The notes: generated by a model not told the origin, from the sequence alone. 64,000 nucleotides of DNA from an uncultured Gammaproteobacteria bacterium (GCA_964543035.1 CAZIVL010000001.1:303736-367735), one strand, 5' to 3'; shown: positions 30,254 to 39,296, counted from the stretch's first letter. Numbers and translations: made by a program.

Positions 30254-31332
30254 ACGCCAGGTTTTGGGGGACCAAGCACACGGGTATTGGGAGGTATGTA
30301 GAGAATCTAATTGATCATTTACCAGACAATTCAGAGTCAGAAGTGGTTCTTATCGTAAACCCAAATCAAAAAGATGAGCCCAAATTAGCAAACTTCAAAA
30401 AATATTATGCTCGTCATCATCCGTACACCTTTTTGTCACTATTGGAAATGTCTTGGCTACTGTTTCAGATCAAGCCAGATATATTGCATGTCCCCCATCT
30501 CACCATCCCCATTTTTTGGCCAGGAAAAATTGTCGTCACCATCCATGACTTGATCAAGCATGAAAATCCCAGCCCCCAGTCTAGTACCAAGCCCGGTCTA
30601 ATTTATTGGCTCAAATTTGTCGAATATTTGGCTATGTTCCACTTCACTCTCTGGCGGGCCAGTCACATTATTGTCCCCTCAAAGTATTGGAAAGATGTGT
30701 TGCACACCAAGTATCGAGTCAGATCGACACGCATCACCGTTACTTATGAAGGTGTAGATACAAAATTCAAAAAATTATCCCCTCCCCACATTGATCTTCC
30801 TGATAAGCCATATGTCCTCTATGTGGGAAACGTCTATCCGCACAAAAATATCCCTCTGCTACTTTCTGCCATAAAGCAATTGGATGGCCAAGTTCTTCTA
30901 ATGATTGCTTGTGCCAGATCGGTCTTTACTGCCCGTCTGCAAAAAATGATTGAAGAGCAGGATTTGGGCAAATGGGTCAAACTCTTAGGATACGTTCCAG
31001 ATTCCGACCTCAAATCGTTGTATCAACACGCTCTCGCTTTCGTATTCCCCTCGCTTGTTGAAGGATTTGGATTACCAGGTCTCGAGGCCATGAGTATAGG
31101 TTGTCCAGTCATCTCCTCAAACGCTACCTGTTTACCCGAAATTTATGGAGGAGCAGTTTTATATTTTTCTCCCCACGACATAGCAGATCTGGTAGATAAG
31201 ATCCAGACGGTCTTGGAAAACCCGAGTCTAAGGCAAAACCTGATCAAAAAAGGCAAGGCCCAAGCCGCCAAGTATTCATGGGCTAAAATGGGCAGACTCA
31301 CATGGCAGATTTACCAAAATCAGTTGCATTAG
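30217..31332 (+). CDS. GT4 glycosyltransferase
   Basis: TGIGRY, TIHDL, YPHKN, EGFGLPGLEAM; start ATG 30217. Confidence 0.9.
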   Translation: MATQTKKTIICIDARFWGTKHTGIGRYVENLIDHLPDNSESEVVLIVNPNQKDEPKLANFKKYYARHHPYTFLSLLEMSWLLFQIKPDILHVPHLTIPIFWPGKIVVTIHDLIKHENPSPQSSTKPGLIYWLKFVEYLAMFHFTLWRASHIIVPSKYWKDVLHTKYRVRSTRITVTYEGVDTKFKKLSPPHIDLPDKPYVLYVGNVYPHKNIPLLLSAIKQLDGQVLLMIACARSVFTARLQKMIEEQDLGKWVKLLGYVPDSDLKSLYQHALAFVFPSLVEGFGLPGLEAMSIGCPVISSNATCLPEIYGGAVLYFSPHDIADLVDKIQTVLENPSLRQNLIKKGKAQAAKYSWAKMGRLTWQIYQNQLH

Positions 31333-32387
31333 TTTATGACAGGGTAAACAAATGGGGAGGGGCCGAGCAAGTCCTTTTGGCTCTGCACGAAATATTTCCC
31401 ACGGCCCCCCTTTTTACCAGCGTCTACAATTCGGCTACCGCTCCCTGGGCCCAGGTGTTCCCCAAAGTTATACCATCATTCCTTCAGCATCTCCCATTCG
31501 CCAAAACTCATCATGAACTATATCCCTGGCTAACCCCCTTAGCCTTTGAAACTTTGGACCTTTGCGACTTTGATGCTGTGGTTTCTGTCACCTCATCAGA
31601 CGCCAAGGCATTTATTACAAGACCTGAGACTTTTCATCTCTGTTATTGCCTGACTCCCACCCGTTATCTATATTCCCATCCGACAGTCCCCTGGCCAATA
31701 TCTTCTTATCTGAAGTATTGGGATCAGATAGCCAGTCACAGACCCGATGCATATGTCGCTATCTCAAGAGCTGTTCAAGATCGGATCAAAAAATATTATG
31801 GCCAAGACTCCCAAATCGTCTACCCCCCAGCAAACATCGCCAGTTTTCCTACTGACAACTCACAACCTACAACTAATAACTATTTTCTGTCCGTAAACCG
31901 CCTTGTATATCACAAAGAGCCAGAGGCATTGATCACTGTTTTCAACGAACTAGAGTTGCCTCTAACTATCATAGGATCAGGGAGACTTGAAAATAAACTT
32001 CGTAGACTTGCCAAACCCAATATCAATATTCTAACTTCCGTTTCAGACTCAGAACTGCGCGTTCAGTATCAAAATGCGAGAGCGTACGTTTCAGTCCATG
32101 AGGAGGATTTTGGCATTGTATACGCCGAGGCCCATGCAGCAGGCCTGCCTATAATCGCTCTCAATCGCGGCGGAGTCCGGGATGTTGTGACCCACAATCA
32201 AACCGGATTGTTACTAGAAAACTTAACAGATTTAAAAGATGCTCTAAGAAATTTCGATCCATCCACCTTCGATCGACGGTTGATAACTGACAACTCAAAG
32301 CGCTTTAGTAGAGAGCGCTTTGCATCCGAATTTGCTAAAGTGTTTACAAGAGAATGGGAGAAGTACAAAAGCATCTCTACGTATTGA
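31302..32387 (+). CDS. GT4 glycosyltransferase (WbaZ-like)
   Basis: GGAEQV, YCLTPTRYL, EEDFGIV. Confidence 0.9.
   Translation: MADLPKSVALVYDRVNKWGGAEQVLLALHEIFPTAPLFTSVYNSATAPWAQVFPKVIPSFLQHLPFAKTHHELYPWLTPLAFETLDLCDFDAVVSVTSSDAKAFITRPETFHLCYCLTPTRYLYSHPTVPWPISSYLKYWDQIASHRPDAYVAISRAVQDRIKKYYGQDSQIVYPPANIASFPTDNSQPTTNNYFLSVNRLVYHKEPEALITVFNELELPLTIIGSGRLENKLRRLAKPNINILTSVSDSELRVQYQNARAYVSVHEEDFGIVYAEAHAAGLPIIALNRGGVRDVVTHNQTGLLLENLTDLKDALRNFDPSTFDRRLITDNSKRFSRERFASEFAKVFTREWEKYKSISTY
31851..31885 (+). repeat. Intragenic heptamer array (ACtnnnn)x5
   Basis: ACTGACA ACTCACA ACCTACA ACTAATA ACTATTT. Confidence 0.7.
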
Positions 32388-33460
32388 TTCTGGCAGGCGG
32401 CGGCGGCACTCGCCTCTGGCCCATGTCCCGCGATGTTTATCCCAAGCAGTATTTAAAATTATTTGGAAACCGCTCATTGCTTCAAAGCACATTTGATCGG
32501 GCCAAAAAAATTACCGATACCAAAAATATTTGGGTGGCCACGACCGCAGATCAAGTCAAGTTGATAAAAAAGCAGCTACCCAGTCTCCCACATTCAAATT
32601 TTTCTATCGAACCAATGCGAAGAAACACTGGTTGGAGTCAGGGACTCGCTGCCACATATATTCACAATCAAGACCCTGAGGCAGTAATAATAAATCTTGC
32701 ATCCGACCACTTAATTCAAGATCTGGACGTATATGTAAGAACTCTAAAAGCAGCGGCAATGGCCGCGGAAGAAACCAAAAAAATTATTACCGTGGGCATC
32801 CAACCGACTCATTACCACACTGGGTATGAATACATAAGTTTTGGATCTGTTGTAAAAAAGTATGGTTCGACATCAGTTTACAAAGTCCTCCAGTTTCTAA
32901 AAAGAGACGACGCAACCGGCGTAAAAAAAGTGTTAGCAAAAAAGACCGGTCTATGGAATGCCAACAACTATGTTTGGAGAGCACAAACACTTTTGGATGA
33001 ATACAAAAAATTAGAACCTCGCATTTATTCAGGTCTACAGAGAATCAAGGCGGTAATAGGCACTGACACCGAAAACCAAATAAAAAAACAGGTCTTTCAG
33101 ATGGCCGAGTCACTTCAAATAGACTTTATTCTTACTGGTAGGTCAAAAAGTCTTTTGACAATTCCAGGTCATTTTAGATGGACAGATGTGGGGGATTGGA
33201 GTGTAGTTTGGAATATGTTACCCAAAGATCAATTGGGCAATGTAATTTCGGCCCCCAAAGGTAAAGGCAATTTTGTGGGCATAGATTCAAAAAACAACCT
33301 TATGTTTTTGGACAAGCAGCTGATAACCACAGTTGGTCTGTCCAATATGGTGATCGTCGACACCCCCGACGCTCTTCTCATTTGTCCCAAAGACGATTCT
33401 CAGTCTGTAAAAAAGATCGTAGAGATGTTAAAAATACAAAAGCTTGACCAATATCTCTGA
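32354..33460 (+). CDS. manC: Mannose-1-phosphate guanylyltransferase-like nucleotidyltransferase (no PMI domain)
   Basis: LAGGGGTRLWPMS..PKQ, EP.RRNT, SDH, WTDVGDW, DTPDALL. Confidence 0.8.
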   Translation: MGEVQKHLYVLILAGGGGTRLWPMSRDVYPKQYLKLFGNRSLLQSTFDRAKKITDTKNIWVATTADQVKLIKKQLPSLPHSNFSIEPMRRNTGWSQGLAATYIHNQDPEAVIINLASDHLIQDLDVYVRTLKAAAMAAEETKKIITVGIQPTHYHTGYEYISFGSVVKKYGSTSVYKVLQFLKRDDATGVKKVLAKKTGLWNANNYVWRAQTLLDEYKKLEPRIYSGLQRIKAVIGTDTENQIKKQVFQMAESLQIDFILTGRSKSLLTIPGHFRWTDVGDWSVVWNMLPKDQLGNVISAPKGKGNFVGIDSKNNLMFLDKQLITTVGLSNMVIVDTPDALLICPKDDSQSVKKIVEMLKIQKLDQYL

Positions 33461-33461
33461 T

Positions 33462-34103
33462 ATGGGCTACCCAATTCTAAAAAGACTCATAGATCTTTTT
33501 CTTTCAGTAGTATTGGGAATTCTGTTTTTACCAATCTGTCTAATAGCTGCAATTGCCATAAAACTTGAGTCTCCCAGAGGCCCTGTATTTGCAGACATCC
33601 CTCCACGAGTAGGAAAAAATGGAAAACAGTTTTTTACCTACAAATTTCGTTCCATGATTCCCAACTCTTACGCCATGATGCGCACCAACCCAGAGTTTGC
33701 AAAACTCTTTGAAGAGTACAAAAAAAGCGGTTACAAACTACGAGAAGATCCCAGAGTGACCAAAGTGGGTAAATTTATTAGAAAATATTCCATAGACGAA
33801 ATTCCTCAATTTATAAATGTGTTGCGGGGCGAGATGAGTGTGGTTGGACCGAGGCCATATTACGCAGACGAGCTTCGTGAGCAAGAAGAAAAATATCCAA
33901 AGACGAGTCAATCTATAAAAGACGCGTTGACAGTCTGTCCGGGCATCACTGGACAATGGCAAGTTAGTGGCCGAAGTGACATAAACTTTGAGAAACGGAT
34001 TGAATTAGATGCCCACTATGCTCGCAATCTTTCCCTATGGTATGATTTAAAAATCCTGGCCAAAACTCCTTTTGCGATGTTGTCCGGCCGCGGTGCAGTA
34101 TGA
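33462..34103 (+). CDS. Priming phosphoglycosyl transferase (Bac_transf / WbaP C-terminal type)
   Basis: KRLIDL, YKFRSM, DPRVT, SIDEIPQ, GEMSVVGPRP, PGITG.WQVSGR. Confidence 0.93.
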   Translation: MGYPILKRLIDLFLSVVLGILFLPICLIAAIAIKLESPRGPVFADIPPRVGKNGKQFFTYKFRSMIPNSYAMMRTNPEFAKLFEEYKKSGYKLREDPRVTKVGKFIRKYSIDEIPQFINVLRGEMSVVGPRPYYADELREQEEKYPKTSQSIKDALTVCPGITGQWQVSGRSDINFEKRIELDAHYARNLSLWYDLKILAKTPFAMLSGRGAV

Positions 34104-36073
34104 CAGAATTCATTGATCACCAGCTAGTTCATTCACTAGAAAACGAGATCCCTTCCAAGCCAAAAAAGACAGGTAATTCTTGGATTTCTTTTCTTGGCAA
34201 AACCTTTTTGATTATTTTGATTGTTATAATTTCTGCCGGAGTATTAGGTTATTTCTTACTTCTTTCCCCCGCTCGTAAGCTCGCCACTTCTATCAAGACT
34301 CTTCAGGCCACTGGCATGGCCGTGGCTCCTTATATTAAGTCACAAGACCTGGCGGGAACCAAAGACCAATTGGCAAAAGTAGACACCGACCTAAAAGCCG
34401 TAAAATCAGATTTTGAAAAACTAGGTTGGACCAAAGCCATCCCTTGGGTCGGCAGCTACTACAAAGATGGGGCGCATGGTCTAGAGGCAGCCGAAGAGTT
34501 ATTGATAGCCGCCAATCTCTCTATCGACGCTATCGCTCCATATGCCGACGTCATCGGTCTCAAGGGATTAGCGACGACTGGAGACGGGGCAAAAACCGCT
34601 CAAGACCGCATCACTTTTATTATCAACACGTTGGACAAGATCAAGCCCCAACTGACTGATATTGCCACTCATATTGATGCAGCACGCATTGAAGCAGACC
34701 AGATTGACCCGGCTCGTTATCCCGAGGATTTTCGCGGCATTCCGGTCAGATCCCAGCTGACGACAGGTATCAATGTCCTAAATCAAGCTGCAGTGCTTCT
34801 TTCTGATGCCAAACCCCTTATCGAATCACTGCCCTACATGTTGGGCAAAGACGGCCAGCGCAAATATCTGGTGATCTTCCAAAACGATGCCGAGCTCAGG
34901 CCTACCGGAGGATTCATGACTGGTTACGCCATTATCAATGTTACCAATGGCAAGATTAGTGTGGTCCAATCTGATGATATCTACAAGTTAGACGAAAAAT
35001 TCCCCAAGAGGATTCCCGCCCCCGAACCCATCAAAAAATATCACCCCAACGTTCCTTACTGGTACCTCAGGGATCAAAACCTCTCTCCCGACTTCAAAGT
35101 ATCTATGGAGACATTCTTACCCAACTACGATCTCACCAAATCGCCCAAAGTGGATGGCGTCATCGCCATGGATACCCAAGTCTTAGTCGAGCTCCTAAAA
35201 GTGACCGGCCGGATCGGGGTTCCAGGTTATGGCAATTTTTCCGCAGACATCGATGAGCGATGTAACTGTCCGTCTGCTTTTTATGAGCTCCAGATCCTAG
35301 CCGGCGGTGAGGAGCCAGTCGTCTGGGATTCGGTATCCGGCAAGATCGTCCAAGCTCCCGCCAACTATGGTATCCGAAAGCAGTTTTTAGGTCCCGTCAT
35401 GTATTCTATTTTGGCAAACGTCATGGCCCAGCCCAAAGCCAAGTTCCCAATGCTTTTCCAAGCCGCCATAAATTCAGTCCAGGGCAAGCATGCGCTCATG
35501 TACTTCTACGATCCCAAGATTCAAGAAGCAGTCGAGAGCTTCAATCTGGCTGGTCGAATCACCGAGGCCGAAGGGGATTATCTAGCAGTTGTTGATACTA
35601 ACTTCTCCGGTGCCAAGACAAACATCTGGGTCAAGTACAAGGCAGATCAAAAGATCGAAGTTTCAGGCGACGGTACTGTGACAAAGACTTTGACTCTTAC
35701 CTACGACAATCCCCAGGAGGGAAATGTAAAGATCGACACTGGCCGCAAGCTCAACGGACTATTCAGGGATTGGCTTAGAGTGTATGTTCCCAAAGGCAGT
35801 GAGCTCATTGAGGCCAAGGGCTTTGAGTCAGGCCAAGCCACCAGTGAGGACCTAGGCAAGACCGTGTTTGAGGGCTTCTTTAGTCTGGCTCCGCTCAACA
35901 CTAAAGTCATTACTCTGAAGTACAAGCTGCCGTTCAAGCTCAGCTCTCCATATAGTCTCTTGATCCAAAAACAAGCTGGTACCAAGGATTTCCCCTACAC
36001 CACAACCATCAATGGTCGAAAGCAGCCCGAGATCATCCTAAACTCAGACCAAAACCTCAAGTTGGCCTACTAA
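34100..36073 (+). CDS. DUF4012 domain membrane-anchored protein
   Basis: YLVIFQNDAELRPTGGF, RDQNLSPDF, DGVIA, WLRVYVPKGS, QKQAG. Confidence 0.85.
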   Translation: MTEFIDHQLVHSLENEIPSKPKKTGNSWISFLGKTFLIILIVIISAGVLGYFLLLSPARKLATSIKTLQATGMAVAPYIKSQDLAGTKDQLAKVDTDLKAVKSDFEKLGWTKAIPWVGSYYKDGAHGLEAAEELLIAANLSIDAIAPYADVIGLKGLATTGDGAKTAQDRITFIINTLDKIKPQLTDIATHIDAARIEADQIDPARYPEDFRGIPVRSQLTTGINVLNQAAVLLSDAKPLIESLPYMLGKDGQRKYLVIFQNDAELRPTGGFMTGYAIINVTNGKISVVQSDDIYKLDEKFPKRIPAPEPIKKYHPNVPYWYLRDQNLSPDFKVSMETFLPNYDLTKSPKVDGVIAMDTQVLVELLKVTGRIGVPGYGNFSADIDERCNCPSAFYELQILAGGEEPVVWDSVSGKIVQAPANYGIRKQFLGPVMYSILANVMAQPKAKFPMLFQAAINSVQGKHALMYFYDPKIQEAVESFNLAGRITEAEGDYLAVVDTNFSGAKTNIWVKYKADQKIEVSGDGTVTKTLTLTYDNPQEGNVKIDTGRKLNGLFRDWLRVYVPKGSELIEAKGFESGQATSEDLGKTVFEGFFSLAPLNTKVITLKYKLPFKLSSPYSLLIQKQAGTKDFPYTTTINGRKQPEIILNSDQNLKLAY

Positions 36074-36081
36074 ATCCCCCT

Positions 36082-36115
36082 TGTCATCCTGCTCGCGAAG
36101 CGGAAGGATCCAGTA
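36082..36115 (+). repeat. REP-like hairpin copy 2
   Basis: TGTCATCCTGCTCGCGAAGCGGAAGGATCCAGTA. Confidence 0.7.
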
Positions 36116-36125
36116 CAATTCATTT

Positions 36126-36674
36126 ATGCATTCATATAAAGTCGAGGGAATAATTTTAAAAAGATCCAACTTTGGTGAAGCGGGTAAATTGCTGACTGTC
36201 TTCACTCGTAATCAGGGCAAGATTACGGTCAAAGCCGTGGGAGTCCGAAAAACTTTATCCAAAAGATCTGGCGCAATTGAGCTTTTCAACTATATATCTG
36301 CCGTTGTGATAAAGGGCAAAGGAGATCTGGATACTCTTGCCGAAGTCCAAGTCACCAATTCTTTTTCCAGCTGGCGCCCTCACATTGGCCGGGTGACTCT
36401 GGCTTATCAGCTAGCCGAGGTAATAGACAAGCTGACTCCAGATCACCAGCCCCACTCAGAAATACTGGATATCCTCATCTCGTCATTCTCTCAACTCGGT
36501 AACTTAACTGACGACTGGAAACTGACCACTGACAACTGGTTAGTAAATGTCATGCAAGAACTGGGTTATCTCGAAAGACACCAGGCTTTTAAAGGCGACA
36601 TCCACAAGTTAATCGAAGAGACGTCCCAAAGATCTCTCAACTCCCCCAAGTTGCTTTCAAAGCTAAAACAGTAA
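36126..36674 (+). CDS. recO: DNA repair protein RecO
   Basis: EGIILKR..GEA.KLLTVFT..GKI..A.GVRK..SK; start ATG 36126. Confidence 0.9.
   Translation: MHSYKVEGIILKRSNFGEAGKLLTVFTRNQGKITVKAVGVRKTLSKRSGAIELFNYISAVVIKGKGDLDTLAEVQVTNSFSSWRPHIGRVTLAYQLAEVIDKLTPDHQPHSEILDILISSFSQLGNLTDDWKLTTDNWLVNVMQELGYLERHQAFKGDIHKLIEETSQRSLNSPKLLSKLKQ
36507..36541 (+). repeat. Intragenic heptamer array (ACTGnnn)x5 in recO
   Basis: ACTGACG ACTGGAA ACTGACC ACTGACA ACTGGTT. Confidence 0.82.
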
Positions 36675-36688
36675 TATAATCCCAAACC

Positions 36689-36922
36689 ATGAGTCCTATT
36701 AAAATTGAGAACTCCGAACTTCGAGATGTGATAGTCAGAAAGCCAGCCTCTATTGCGATCGGGGGAATCCCGGTTAATCTATACCCCGATAATGAAGGCG
36801 GGCTCGTCGTAGTCCCCTCGTTAGGACTAAATGAATTAGGTCTTTCAGGCACATTTGAACTAAGTAATGGTTCAGTTATTGTAATCAAAGACACGCTCTT
36901 TACTGGCACAAGGGAAACCTAG
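36689..36922 (+). CDS. Small hypothetical protein (77 aa)
   Basis: Fills recO-glyQS gap; TATAAT 8 nt upstream of ATG. Confidence 0.55.
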   Translation: MSPIKIENSELRDVIVRKPASIAIGGIPVNLYPDNEGGLVVVPSLGLNELGLSGTFELSNGSVIVIKDTLFTGTRET

Positions 36923-36928
36923 AAAAAG

Positions 36929-36958
36929 TTGACTGTAGACCTACAAAGAATCTATAAT
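36929..36958 (+). promoter_or_regulatory. Sigma70-type promoter of the glyQS leader
   Basis: TTGACT-18 nt-TATAAT. Confidence 0.8.
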
Positions 36959-36968
36959 AAACATATCT

Positions 36969-37094
36969 ATTACTTGCGATGATCCAAAATGGCATTTGGG
37001 GAGTAAGGAAGAGACAAAAAGAGAAGCAACTAGGGTGGAACCACGACGCAGCTCGTCCCTAATTAATGTATTATTAATTTTGACGAGCATTTTT
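36969..37094 (+). ncRNA. Glycine T-box riboswitch, minimal architecture
   Basis: CCAAA-ATGGCA-TTTGG hairpin with GGC specifier (36991-93); TAGGG-TGGAACC-ACGA..TCGT-CCCTA antiterminator; competing GCTCGTC/GACGAGC hairpin + T5. Confidence 0.85.
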
Positions 37095-37095
37095 A

Positions 37096-38370
37096 ATGGC
37101 TGACTTAATAGAAAAAGTGGTCTCGCTCTGTAAAAGGAGAGGTTTTGTATTCCCCGGTTCCGAAATTTATGGCGGACTGCAAGGATTTTATGACTACGGT
37201 CCACTAGGGGTCGAGATGAAAAACAATCTTAAGAGATTGTGGTGGAAATGGTACACAGTTGAGCACGAAAACGTGGTCGGTATCGATGGCGCCATCATCA
37301 CTCATCCCAGAGTCTGGGAAGCCTCAGGACATGTAAAAAGTTTTGTAGATCCCATGTCAGAGTGTTTCGACTGTCACAAACGGTTCAAAGCCGACGATCT
37401 TGAAGCCGGTCAAGCTTGTCCCAACTGTGGTGGCAAGCTGGGTGAACCCAAAAACTTTAATATTTTGATGAAAACCGAGTTAGGTGTCATCGAAGGTGAA
37501 AAAACTCCCACATATCTGCGTGGCGAGGCCTGTCAGACAATTTACCTGGATTTCAAAAGTGTAGTTGATTCTACTCGTGTCAAAGTCCCGTTTGGTATCG
37601 TCCAGATCGGAAAAGCTTTTCGAAACGAAGTCACACCAGGAAATTTCTTGTTTAGACAACGCGAGTTTGAGCAGTGGGATCTGCAGTGGTTTACCCATCC
37701 CGATGAGATGGATAAGTGGTTTGAGTATTGGAAAGAAGAGCGCATGAAGTGGTATCGAGGTTTATTCAATGATCACTCCAAACTCACCTTTTTCCAGCAC
37801 GACAAGCTGGCTCATTACGCCAAAAAAGCTTTTGATATCCAGTACGACGGTCGTGAGATGGAGGGTATCCATTGGCGCCAGGATTGGGATCTGGGCCGTC
37901 ACAGTGAGTTTTCCGGCCAGGATCTCTCGTACACCGATGAATCAGGAAACAAATACGTCCCCTGGATAGTCGAGACTTCCGGAGGTGTAGACCGAGCATT
38001 TTTATTTTTGCTCCTAGACGCCTATCTGGAAGAAGGGGATAGAGTCATTCTGAAATTACATCCCAAGCTCGCTCCTTACAAAGTGGCAGTGTTTCCCTTG
38101 GTTCGAAACAAACCAGAATTGACTGCCCGTGCCCAAGAGCTTTACAGACATCTCAAATTAGAAGAAGGCATCTCCACAGTCTGGGATGATCGGGGAAACA
38201 TCGGTAAGCGTTACTATGCCCAAGACGAGATCGGTACCCCCTGGTGTGTAACAGTCGATTATCAGACTCTGGAGGATGATACAGTGACTGTTCGCGACCG
38301 CGATACTGCCACCCAAGAGAGACTCCCCATCTCAGAACTTGACTCTTACTTCGCAAATAAATTAAAGTGA
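37096..38370 (+). CDS. glyQS: Glycine--tRNA ligase (alpha2 type)
   Basis: RRGFVFPGSEIYGG, YDYGPLG, YLRGEACQ, GKAFRNEVTP, IGKRY..QDEIGTP. Confidence 0.96.
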   Translation: MADLIEKVVSLCKRRGFVFPGSEIYGGLQGFYDYGPLGVEMKNNLKRLWWKWYTVEHENVVGIDGAIITHPRVWEASGHVKSFVDPMSECFDCHKRFKADDLEAGQACPNCGGKLGEPKNFNILMKTELGVIEGEKTPTYLRGEACQTIYLDFKSVVDSTRVKVPFGIVQIGKAFRNEVTPGNFLFRQREFEQWDLQWFTHPDEMDKWFEYWKEERMKWYRGLFNDHSKLTFFQHDKLAHYAKKAFDIQYDGREMEGIHWRQDWDLGRHSEFSGQDLSYTDESGNKYVPWIVETSGGVDRAFLFLLLDAYLEEGDRVILKLHPKLAPYKVAVFPLVRNKPELTARAQELYRHLKLEEGISTVWDDRGNIGKRYYAQDEIGTPWCVTVDYQTLEDDTVTVRDRDTATQERLPISELDSYFANKLK

Positions 38371-38393
38371 CACCAATACATTTATCGGTGTCA
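38368..38393 (+). terminator. Hairpin directly at glyQS stop (no U-tract)
   Basis: TGACACCAATA / TATCGGTGTCA inverted repeat with one mismatch; shares its 3' arm with a REP copy. Confidence 0.4.
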
Positions 38394-38419
38394 TCCTGAG
38401 CATTGCGAAGGATCCAGTA
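38389..38419 (+). repeat. REP-like hairpin copy 3
   Basis: TGTCATCCTGAGCATTGCGAAGGATCCAGTA. Confidence 0.78.
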
Positions 38420-38426
38420 TAAATTT

Positions 38427-38918
38427 ATGAAAGCAGTTGTCGTAATCCTAATAATTGTAGTGTTAGCCCTGACAGGAGTATTTGCCGCAAAAAAGTTCGT
38501 AACCGGAGGCGCAAAAGTAGCTCCTACTCCCACTCTTGCCCCACTTCAAGAGTTGACCGAGGATCAGTACCCATCTGTAAAGTTGCAGTTTAGCTCGGAC
38601 GGCCACTATGTAACAGTAAATATTGAAAATCTCCACTCAGATCAGCTGGAATACAACCTGATTTATGACGCTGTGGTCAAAGGCAACAAGATCCAGACAG
38701 GCGTCAATGCCTCATCCAAGCTCGAGGGCAAGACGACTTATTCCAAACAGCAGCTTTTGGGCTCTGAGTCCTCAGGCAAGTTCACATATCACACCAATCT
38801 AAAAAACGCCGTCATGGAGCTCACACTTCGCGATGCTGGCAACAGATCAGTCTACTCCGCCACATATCCCTTCGAAGTCACCCCCGGCTCCTCAGTCAGC
38901 CTCAATCCTTCTGAGTAA
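38427..38918 (+). CDS. Hypothetical exported/membrane-anchored protein
   Basis: N-terminal TM, PTPT linker, LLGSESSGKF.Y beta-rich domain; start ATG 38427. Confidence 0.8.
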   Translation: MKAVVVILIIVVLALTGVFAAKKFVTGGAKVAPTPTLAPLQELTEDQYPSVKLQFSSDGHYVTVNIENLHSDQLEYNLIYDAVVKGNKIQTGVNASSKLEGKTTYSKQQLLGSESSGKFTYHTNLKNAVMELTLRDAGNRSVYSATYPFEVTPGSSVSLNPSE

Positions 38919-39120
38919 ACACACCCAGGTATCCGGCTCCTCCTTCTACAAGTGTACCCGCTAGTGCGAGCATAGCCAGTCCCAGTCTGACATTATCAGG
39001 ATCAAATATATCCGCCACACCATTCACTCTCTCGATTAATAAAGTCCCAGCCACCATTCCCAGAAAGCTAGCTACAAAAATCGCCCCATAAAATTTTGAT
39101 CGCAAATTTTCATTATTCAC
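38902..39120 (-). CDS. Small two-TM hypothetical protein
   Basis: Two hydrophobic helices; TGaTATGAT extended -10 six nt before GTG 39120. Confidence 0.55.
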   Translation of the reverse strand: MNNENLRSKFYGAIFVASFLGMVAGTLLIERVNGVADIFDPDNVRLGLAMLALAGTLVEGGAGYLGVFTQKD

Positions 39121-39229
39121 AATCAAATCATATCATTTCGGGTCATATTGGTGTTGACACGGTTGTGAAAATGGATCATATCCCAAATTTTTCTCGCGTT
39201 TCACGCTCGTAATTCGGTATATATTCGCG

Positions 39230-39259
39230 TTGACAAACTATATCAAACGCGACTATAGT
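39230..39259 (+). promoter_or_regulatory. dcw/mraZ promoter
   Basis: TTGACA-18 nt-TATAGT. Confidence 0.75.
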
Positions 39260-39283
39260 GGTATACAGTGGTAAAAAGTGGTA
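39257..39283 (+). promoter_or_regulatory. MraZ binding boxes
   Basis: Three AGTGGTA direct repeats at exact 10-nt period (39257, 39267, 39277) directly upstream of mraZ. Confidence 0.85.
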
Positions 39284-39296
39284 AAAATATGAATAT

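Noticed and set aside
36941-37204. 87-aa minus-strand ORF
   Set aside because: Antisense shadow of the glyQS leader and coding start.
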